A stretch of DNA of 31,327 bases from Kofleriaceae bacterium (lineage in GTDB: Bacteria; Myxococcota_A; Polyangia; Haliangiales; Haliangiaceae), in NCBI GenBank assembly GCA_046597055.1, contig JBKJLC010000211.1:1-31327 (forward strand), read 5' to 3'. The notes beneath the pieces were generated by a model that was not told the DNA's origin, made no database searches, and saw only the letters and a list, made by a program, of their open reading frames with translations. Positions within the stretch are counted from its first letter, which is position 1. Every line of letters starts with the position of its first letter. This document shows, one piece after another, positions 12,637-22,100 of the stretch. Position numbers and translations under genes: made by a program.

Positions 12637-12772
12637 CGAGGCCGAACGTGCCCGAACGCTCGCTCGCTGTCGAGGGTCGGGCCGCTGCCGTCGCCCAGGC
12701 AGATCACCACCTTGCGAGCCTGATGGTCCGTCAACGGTTGCAGCGGCCCTGAGCCGTGTAAACGTCTCGGCC

Positions 12773-13291
12773 ATGCGTACCGTGATTCGACTCGCTACCC
12801 TGCTCTCGCTGGTGCTCGTGCCGGCCGCTGCGTGCTCCAAGTCTCCGGCCAAGGCGACCACCGCGACGGCAGGCCCGGCCCCGGCCTCGTCCGCCAAGAA
12901 GGCGCCCGACACCACCAAGGGTGACGTCGGCCTCGCCGTCACTGGCCCCGACGCCGACCATGCGCCGCCGAGCGGCCCGGTCTACTTCGAGTTCGACTCG
13001 GCCACCCTGACCCAGCCCTCGCGCGACCTCCTCGCCACGCTCGGCGCCTGGCTCGCCACGAGCTCCTCGAACCTCCGCATCGAGGGTCACACCGACGAGC
13101 AGGGCACCAGCGAATACAACGTGGCGCTGGGCGATCGCCGCGCTGCCGCGATCGCCGACTACCTCGCCACCCTGGGCGTCGACCGCAAGCGCCTCGCCAC
13201 CGTGTCGTTCGGCGAGGAGAAGCCGGCCACCGCCGGCGAGGGCGAGGCGGCCAACGCCCAGAACCGCCGCGGCGAGGTCAAGACCGAGTAA
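12773..13291 (+). CDS. OmpA/Pal-like peptidoglycan-binding lipoprotein
   Basis: LVPAAA-C lipobox; VYFEFDSATL, IEGHTDEQGTSEYNVALGDRRA, VSFGEEKP, QNRRGE. Confidence 0.92.
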   Translation: MRTVIRLATLLSLVLVPAAACSKSPAKATTATAGPAPASSAKKAPDTTKGDVGLAVTGPDADHAPPSGPVYFEFDSATLTQPSRDLLATLGAWLATSSSNLRIEGHTDEQGTSEYNVALGDRRAAAIADYLATLGVDRKRLATVSFGEEKPATAGEGEAANAQNRRGEVKTE

Positions 13292-13397
13292 GCAGGGCCC
13301 GACCTCGCCTCGACGACCTGCCCGCTGGATCGATCACTTCCGAGACCAGCACCGCCAGCCGATGATCGGCGAGCGCGCGCTCGCCGCTGGCCGCTGG

Positions 13398-13444
13398 CCC
13401 TTCGACTTCGGGTTCGCAACGAGCCCTTCGCTCAGGGACACCGG
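13398..13444 (+). repeat. REP-like element, copy 1 (CCCTTCGAC-hairpin-GCTCAGGGACACCGG)
   Basis: 47-bp sequence matching 29490-29536 at 46 of 47 positions; internal hairpin GGGTTCG-CAA-CGAGCCC. Confidence 0.9.
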
Positions 13445-13506
13445 ACAGTTGTGGTCGCCGCTCGACATTGATCGCATCGCTCGATGTGATCCAAAGCGCC
13501 CCCCTT

Positions 13507-13551
13507 TCCGGTGGCCCTGAGCCGGCGCCGGAGGCGCCGTGTCGAAGGGCC
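13507..13551 (-). repeat. REP-like element, copy 2 (inverted, different internal hairpin)
   Basis: Reverse complement reads GGCCCTTCGAC-A-CGGCGCC-TCC-GGCGCCG-GCTCAGGGCCACCGGA, so the flanks match copy 1 and the hairpin does not. Confidence 0.85.
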
Positions 13552-13564
13552 GACGTGCGCGGCG

Positions 13565-15388
<1,824 letters not shown>

Positions 15389-15409
15389 CAGGTACCTCCG
15401 AGGACAGAC

Positions 15410-15429
15410 ATGAATGAACCGTCATTCAT
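15410..15429. promoter_or_regulatory. TetR-type operator resembling the FadR(YsiA) box
   Basis: Perfect palindrome ATGAATGA-ACCG-TCATTCAT, AT-rich in a GC-rich background, 21 bp upstream of the acyl-CoA dehydrogenase start. Confidence 0.8.
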
Positions 15430-15574
15430 TTATGGACGACGCGGTGCGGCGCGTCAAGAGGCCCGTCGGTGCCCGCGTCCGGCCACTGCCCACTCCGGAC
15501 CAGCGGCTGGCAGTTGTCGGCACATGCCCTCGAAATCATTGCGGTGCGGCGCTTCCACCGCGTACATGGAGCCG

Positions 15575-15994
15575 ATGACGAAGCACAGCCTATTGCTGAG
15601 CCTGGCGATGGTGATGACGGGGTGTGGCCCGGCCCAGCTGTCGGCGCAGGCGGTCCAGGCCTGGCCGCGCGTGCGGGTCAGCGAGCTGTCGGCGCGCCGG
15701 CTCGCCACCGCTCGTTCGCAGTTCCCGTCGCGACCGGTGCGCGAGGCGATCGTCGCCGCCGATCGGGCCGAGACCACCACCGGGCTCGACGTCTGCGTGG
15801 CCGGCAACGGCACGATCGCGCGGGTCGACGTCACCACCGCGAGCGGCGTCGACGGCTTCGATGCCGACGCGATCGATGCGGTCCGCGCGTGGCGGTTCCA
15901 GCCGGCGGCGTCCGGCGTGTGCACCGAGCTCACGATGCGGTTCGCGCGCGAGTCGCGATCGACCGCGCGCGGCGGCGACCTGCGGACGCGCTGA
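15575..15994 (+). CDS. Small lipoprotein with a TonB C-terminal-like domain
   Basis: MTKHSLLLSLAMVMTG-C lipobox with GGAG upstream; LDVCVAGNGTIARVDVTTASGVDGFDADAIDAVRAWRFQPA matches the TonB_C pattern. It is the 3' end of the 13511..15994 ORF-track entry. Confidence 0.8.
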   Translation: MTKHSLLLSLAMVMTGCGPAQLSAQAVQAWPRVRVSELSARRLATARSQFPSRPVREAIVAADRAETTTGLDVCVAGNGTIARVDVTTASGVDGFDADAIDAVRAWRFQPAASGVCTELTMRFARESRSTARGGDLRTR

Positions 15995-16045
15995 CCGCGG
16001 CGCGATTCCGGTGCGCGAGCCGGACGGGCGCCCATCGCGGGCGCG

Positions 16046-17287
16046 ATGATGACGGGGATGGATCACGACCCGATGTCGCTCGACCGCCTCGACGAGATCG
16101 CGTGGTCGACCCTCGATCACGCCTACGGCCCGGCCGACGATGTCCCCGAGCTCCTGCGCGCGCTGGTCTCGACCAACCCGGCCAAGCGCGCGATCGCCCG
16201 CGATAGCCTGCACGCCAGCCTCGATCACCAGGGCGTGCAGCGGACCGAGGCGACGCTGCGCGCGATCCCGTTTCTGACCGGCCTGGTCGCCGATCCCGCC
16301 ACGCCCGACCGCGCCGCGCTGGTCCGGCTGCTCGCCGAGCTGGCGGTCGGCGACACCTGCTGGTTCTTGCACGACGGCATCCACCCGACGTTCCAGAACG
16401 AGTGCGACGGCGCCGCCCGGGCCCAGGCCTGCGCGGTCGTGCGCGGGCGCAGCTTCGCGACCCGCGGCTTTCCATCGTTGATCGACAATCGCCTGGAGCT
16501 CGGCGAGGACTCGGGGCTGCGCAAGATCTACGACGCGGTCGCCGACGGCGTGCCGAGCTACCTGGCCGCGCTCGACGGCGCCGACCCGGCGCTGCGGATC
16601 GCGCTGCCGTTCCTGCTCGGGTTCCTCACCCCGCGCGCCGCCGCCTCGGCGCCCGCGCTCGAGCGGCTGTGCGAGGACCCGAGCGAGCCGGTCCGCGCCA
16701 GCGCCGCGCTCGGCCTGTCGCACGCCTGTCGGTTCGACCCGACCCTGCGCGCGCGCGCGTTCGACCTGCTGATGGCGCGGTGGCCGCTGGCGCTCGGCGA
16801 CCTCGAGCGCCGCTGCCTGGCGCTGGCGCTGGTGCGCTACGAGGAGCCGGCGCGGACCGCCGCGGTGCGCGAGTACCTCGAGGCGGTGCTGGAGCTCGGG
16901 GTCCCGCCGGTGCGCCCCGACGAGTTCCCGTGGCTGCGCATCGACTCGCCGCCGTTCGTGTTCTGCACGACCTACCTCGGCAGCGCCGGCGCCGATCAGG
17001 CCGCGCTGCGACCGGCCGCTTTGGCCGCGGTGGTCGCGACCAGCCACTCGCACGACGCCGCCGATCTCGGCATGTGGATCGCGCGGCTGTGGGTGCCGAC
17101 CCACGACGGCGAGGAGCTGGTGGTCGAGGACCTCGACGACGACGTGCGCGCCACCCTGGCCGCGCTGGTCGCGAGCACCGAGGCCTGGCACTACACCGAC
17201 CTCGGCAAGGCGCTCGAGGGTCGGGGCGTGCCGACCGAGCGCAGCGAGCTGGCGGCCTGGCTCGGCGTGCGGCTCGAGGACGCGTAG
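16046..17287 (+). CDS. HEAT/alpha-solenoid repeat hypothetical protein
   Basis: LDEIAWSTLDHAYGPADDVPELLRAL N-terminal motif, LDGADPALRIA and EDPSEPVRASAALGL HEAT-like units. The start could be 16046, 16049, 16058 or 16073. Confidence 0.75.
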   Translation: MMTGMDHDPMSLDRLDEIAWSTLDHAYGPADDVPELLRALVSTNPAKRAIARDSLHASLDHQGVQRTEATLRAIPFLTGLVADPATPDRAALVRLLAELAVGDTCWFLHDGIHPTFQNECDGAARAQACAVVRGRSFATRGFPSLIDNRLELGEDSGLRKIYDAVADGVPSYLAALDGADPALRIALPFLLGFLTPRAAASAPALERLCEDPSEPVRASAALGLSHACRFDPTLRARAFDLLMARWPLALGDLERRCLALALVRYEEPARTAAVREYLEAVLELGVPPVRPDEFPWLRIDSPPFVFCTTYLGSAGADQAALRPAALAAVVATSHSHDAADLGMWIARLWVPTHDGEELVVEDLDDDVRATLAALVASTEAWHYTDLGKALEGRGVPTERSELAAWLGVRLEDA

Positions 17288-17364
17288 CGCGTAGCAGCGG
17301 CTGCGGGCCTCGTCTGCGTCGGCGGCGTCACAGGTTCCGGGCCCCACTTCGTCACGACCAGACG

Positions 17365-17405
17365 GCCCGTCGACGCGGCGCTTCGCGCCGGCTCAGGGAT
17401 ACCGG
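17365..17405 (+). repeat. REP-like element, copy 3 (degenerate)
   Basis: GCCCGTCGAC-G-CGGCGC-TTC-GCGCCG-GCTCAGGGATACCGG: the same flanks with a hairpin related to that of copy 2. Confidence 0.75.
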
Positions 17406-17501
17406 TTCCTCGTGGGGCCCCACCGGCCGCCTCGCATCCGCGGCTCCTCGCTCGCTGCTACCTCGTGCTCGCCGGGCGCCGGGACGGGTCGAGGACAGCC
17501 A

Positions 17502-17550
17502 GCGAGCGTGAAGCGAGCGATGCGAGCGTGAAGCGAGCGATGCGAGCGTG
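17502..17550. repeat. Direct tandem repeat, 20-bp unit x about 2.5
   Basis: GCGAGCGTGAAGCGAGCGAT occurs twice, followed by GCGAGCGTG. Confidence 0.85.
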
Positions 17551-17568
17551 CGTGATAAGGTCGCCGCG

Positions 17569-18339
17569 ATGAGCGCGACCAGCCATATCTCTCTCGCTGA
17601 CAAGGTCATCGTCGTCACCGGCGCGAGCCGCGGCATCGGCGCGGCGATCGCCGCCGCCTGCGTGGCGGCCGGCGCGCGGGTGGTGCTGGCGTCGCGCAAG
17701 CAGGCCGATCTCGACGCGGTCGCCGCCAAGCTCGGCGGCGCCGGCGAGGTCGCGGCGTTCGCGTGCCACACCGGCAAGCCCGAGGACGTCGACGCGCTGT
17801 TCGCGCGCGCGGTCGAGCGCTTCGGTCGGGTCGACGGCCTGGTCAACAACGCGGCGACCAACCCGCACTTCGGCCCCATGATCGACACGCCCGACCTCGC
17901 GATCGACAAGACGATCGAGGTCAACATCAAGGGCTACTTCTACGCGGCGCGCGCGCTGGTGCGCCAGGCGCGGGCGCGCGGCGGCAACGCGGCGATCGTC
18001 AACATCGCGAGCGTCGCGGGCCTGCGCGCCGCGCCGATGCAGGGCGTGTACGGCATGACCAAGGCGGCCGTGATCAGCATGACCCAGACCCTGGCCTACG
18101 AGCTCGGCGGCTCGGGCATCCGCGTCAACGCGATCGCGCCGGGCCTGGTCGAGACCAAGTTCGCCTCCGCGATCGTGCAGAACCCGATGCTCCGCGAGCA
18201 CGTGATCAAGCGGACCTCGCTGGCGCGCCACGCGCAACCCGACGAGATCGCAGGGGCCGCGGTGTACTTGCTGTCGGACGCGGCCTCGTTCACGACCGGC
18301 ACCGTGCTGGTGGTCGACGGCGGCTACACCTCGACCTGA
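17569..18339 (+). CDS. Classical short-chain dehydrogenase/reductase (DHRS4/FabG-like)
   Basis: TGASRGIG, VNNAATNPHFGP, NIASVAG, catalytic YGMTK, IRVNAIAPGLVETKF, VVDGG. Confidence 0.95.
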   Translation: MSATSHISLADKVIVVTGASRGIGAAIAAACVAAGARVVLASRKQADLDAVAAKLGGAGEVAAFACHTGKPEDVDALFARAVERFGRVDGLVNNAATNPHFGPMIDTPDLAIDKTIEVNIKGYFYAARALVRQARARGGNAAIVNIASVAGLRAAPMQGVYGMTKAAVISMTQTLAYELGGSGIRVNAIAPGLVETKFASAIVQNPMLREHVIKRTSLARHAQPDEIAGAAVYLLSDAASFTTGTVLVVDGGYTST

Positions 18340-18406
18340 CCGCGCCCCGGCCCGGCCGCTCGCACGGGCTGAAGCAACCGGGGCGCGCTACCGTCCACGG
18401 GTGCAC

Positions 18407-19114
18407 ATGTCCCCCGAGAGGATCGTCCTGGCCGCGCTCGCGGCCACCCTGTTCGGCGCCGGGAGCGCCGTCGCTGCGCCGGCCACTGGCTCGATCGCCG
18501 GGGAGGTGCGCTGGACCGGCGCGGCCCCGGCGCGCGCCGCCCTCGATCGCGCGAGCGATCCGGTGTGCGCTCGGACCCAGCGGACCGGCGAGGACGTCGT
18601 GGTCGAGGCCGGCCGGGTCCGCGACGTCCACGTTCGCCTCGAGAACGGCTCGGCCGGCACCCACGCCGCACCCACCGCGCCGGCGGTGGTGATCCAGAGC
18701 GAGTGCATGTATGGGCCACGGGTGGTCGGCGTGGTCGCCGGCCAGCCGCTCGAGATCCGCAACGCCGATGCGACCTTTCACAACGTGCGCGGCAACCTCG
18801 GCAGCAAGATCCTGTGGAACCTCGGCCAGGCCGCGCAGCAGCCGCCGCTCACGCGCAAGGACCTCGGCAAGCCCGGCGACGTGGTCTCGCTTCACTGCGA
18901 CGTGCACCCGTGGATGGCGGGCTGGGCGGTGATCTCCGACCACCCGTTCTTCGCGGTGACCGGGGCCAATGGAGCGTTCGTGCTGAAGGACGTGCCGGTC
19001 GGCTCCTACACGGTCGAGGCGTGGCACCCCACCCTCGGCGTGAAGACCGCCAAGGTGAAGGTGAAGAAGGGCAAGACCACGAAGGCGGCCTTCGCCTTCA
19101 CCGCCGCGAAGTAG
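18407..19114 (+). CDS. Secreted cupredoxin-like / carboxypeptidase-regulatory-like domain protein
   Basis: Signal peptide ending GSAVA-A; IRNADATFHNV and LHCDVHPWM (H...CxxHxxM); TGANGAFVLKDVPVGSYTVEAWH beta-sandwich tail. Confidence 0.85.
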   Translation: MSPERIVLAALAATLFGAGSAVAAPATGSIAGEVRWTGAAPARAALDRASDPVCARTQRTGEDVVVEAGRVRDVHVRLENGSAGTHAAPTAPAVVIQSECMYGPRVVGVVAGQPLEIRNADATFHNVRGNLGSKILWNLGQAAQQPPLTRKDLGKPGDVVSLHCDVHPWMAGWAVISDHPFFAVTGANGAFVLKDVPVGSYTVEAWHPTLGVKTAKVKVKKGKTTKAAFAFTAAK

Positions 19115-22100
19115 CGCGGCCCGCCCGCGTCGCCCGCCGACGCCGACCGATCAGCCCGAGCAGGGCGATCGCGACCAGCCCGTTGCTGGGTCCGCCGCCG
19201 GTCGAGCAGCCGCCTCCGGCCGCCGTCACGGTGACGCGCTCGGGCACCCGCGGCACGTCACAGACGCCGCTGCCGTCCCAGCCGACGGTGCAGTCGAGCC
19301 CGGCCGGGCACTGGATCGTCTGGCACGGGTCGTTGATGCACATGCCGTCGCCTGGATTGCAGGCCTGGCCCGGCTGGCACCGGACGTCGCCGCACGGGTC
19401 GCGCACGCACAGCCCGTCGGTCGGCCGGCAGATCCGCTGGTCGGTGCAGCTCACGTTGGCGCACAGGTCCCCGACGCAGGCGCCGTCGACGCAGCGCTGG
19501 CCACCGGGGCAGGCCGGGTCGCAGGTGACCACGACGCAGGTGCCATCGCGACAGGCCTCGTTGCCAGCGCAGGCGACGCCCGCGCACGGGTCAGCCTGGC
19601 ACGCGCCCTGGTTGCCGACGCGCACGCAGATCTCGCCGGTCGCGCAGCCGAGCGCGAAGCAATCCTGACAGACGCCGCCGAAGCAGCTCAGGCCGGTCGG
19701 GCAGTTCACGCCCGCGCACAGATCGGCGCACATGCCGGTCACCAGGTCGCACGCGAAGCCGGGGTTGCAGGTCACGGTCAGGCACGGGTCGCGCAAACAG
19801 AAGCGTCCCTCGACGCCGGTGCTGCAGTAGAACCCGAACGGACACGGGAACTCGCTGTCGTTGCACGCGATGGCGCACTCGCCGGCGATGCAGGTCTGTC
19901 CGCCCGCCGGACAGGTCGCGGTGTCGTCGGTCATGCCGTCGCAGTTGTCGTCAAGGCCGTTGCATACCTCGGGCCGTGGGCCGATGTAGCCATCGCAAGC
20001 GACGACCCCGCCCTCGCAGACCCGCACGCCGAACGTGCACTCGCCGGTGTCGCCGATGGTCTCGAAGAGGGGGTCGGTGCAGGCGCCGCCCACGCCCGGC
20101 AGCGGCGGCTCGTCGATCGAGCCGTCGCAGTCGTCGTCGCGGCCGTTGCACACCTCGGCCTGGCCGCCGGCGTTGCCGACGCACTCGACCGCGCCCATCA
20201 CACACTGGAAGACGCCGCCCGTGCACGAGCCGCCGCCGCCGCACGTCTCGCCGATCGGCGCGCCCAGCTGCTCGTCGACGCGGGTGTCGCAGTCGTCGTC
20301 CTGGCCGTTGCAGGACTCGAGGCCCGGGGTCACGGTCGGCGCGGTGCAGGTGGTGCCGGTGCCGGCCGCGGTGCAGACGATGGTGCCCGACTGTGCGCAC
20401 AGGCCGCCCTGGCCGTTGCTGCAGGTGTCGCCCAGGGTCGGGAAGCTCTCGTCGACGCTGCCGTCGCAGTCGTCGTCGAGGCCGTTGCACAGCTCCGCAG
20501 TCGGCCCGACCTGGCCGGTGCAGCCGCCGAGCGTGCCCTGCGGCGTGCAGGTCTGCAGGCCCGGCCGGCACTGGCCGCCGCAGCCGGCCGGGCCGCACCC
20601 GGTCGGGAAGGTGTAGCAGGCGACCGCGACCTCGTCGGTGAACGAGTCGCAGTCGTCGTCGAGCGTGTTGCAGACCTCGGTCACCGGCCCGGTGCCGCCG
20701 GCGCAGGTGAGCTGGCCGTTCTCGCAGGCGAGCGTGCCGGGGCCGCACTCGCCAACGTCGAAGCCACACGAGGTGCCGACGCCGGGCAGCGGCGCCTCGT
20801 CGGTCGTGCCGTCGCAGTCATCGTCGAGGCCGTTGCAGACCTCGGAGGACGGGCTGCACGTGCAGCCGGCGCCCAGGCCCTCGTCGACCCGCTGGTCGCA
20901 GTCGTCGTCGAGCCCGTTGCAGGTCTCGGTGCCCGGGGTGACCGGGGCCGCGTCGCACACGGTGCCGAGGCCGCCAGCCGCGCACACCCGGGTGCCGTCG
21001 CGGCGACAGGTGCCCGACTGGCCGTTGGTGCAGACCTCGCCGCGGTCGGGGAAGTCCTCGTCGATCCGGACATCGCAGTCGTCGTCGAGGCCGTTGCAAC
21101 GCTCGGCGACCACCGACTCGGTGATGATCTGGGCGATCGCGGCCGACAGCTCGGCCTCGTCGTCGACGAAGATCGCGGGCGCCGGTCCGCCGTTCACCGG
21201 CGGCCGACCAGCCGCGGCGATCGCGGCGAGATTGGCGATGACCGCCTGGTCCGGGGTCGCGAACCCGATCACGTAGACGAACACGCCGGCGTTGCGCAGC
21301 GCGGTCGCGGCCGCGACCGGATCGCCGCCGCAGGTCTCGGCGCCGTCGGTCACCAGCACGACCCGGTACGGCCGGCACGCCAGCCGCGGGTCGTTGGCCG
21401 GGGTCCGGAGCTGCTCGAGGTAGCTCCGGGCCGAGCCGAGGATGCCGGCCAGCGGGGTGGTGCCGCTGCCGCGGATCTCCTGGTCGGTGCCGATCGGCGG
21501 CGTGCCGAGGTAGTTGCTGTCGCCGTCGATCCACCCGAGCAAGGTCTGTTCGTTGTCGCGCGCGAACGAGACCACCAGGTCGCCGGCCGCGAAGCCGCCG
21601 CCACACGGCGCGGCGCCGCCGCCTTGCCAGCCGCCCGAGCGCAGGCCGGCCGCCACGGTCGGACAGGTGAAGTCGGTCGCGCGCTGGTGGAAGCGCATCA
21701 GCGCGTACTCGACCTCGCCGAACGAGGCGACCGCGTCGGTGATGCCGGCCTTGACCTTGAACAGGCGCGAGTCGTCGGCGATCGCGTTCGCGCAGCTCGT
21801 GTTGCCGACGCCGCCGCAGGTCGCGCAGCTGACCGGCGAGCCCGGGCACTCGGACGAGCCATCCCCGCCGGTGAAGACGTCGGCGCAGGTGTTCCAGTTC
21901 ATCGAGCCCGAGCTGTCGAACGCGATCAGCAGGCGCGGCTTGGCGTCGGCCGGGGTCGAGTTGGGATCGGCCTCATCGGGGTCGAACAGCGAGTGGCAGC
22001 CGGGATCGGCCAGCGCGGCGCCGCGCCCGGCGTAGTCGACCCGACCATCGCCGTCGTCGTCGAGGCCGTTCTGGCACGCGGCATAGCCGACCTCGGTGCC

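Noticed and set aside
12773..13291. OmpA-domain gene as TraB partner of the MYXO-CTERM protein
   Set aside because: It is a short Pal-like lipoprotein without a beta-barrel or thrombospondin repeats, about 6 kb away on the other strand.
19925..21103. Recurrent DNA motif GCAGTCGTCGTCGAGGCCGTTGCA as a non-coding repeat
   Set aside because: It is fully explained by the in-frame CNGLDDDC protein repeats.
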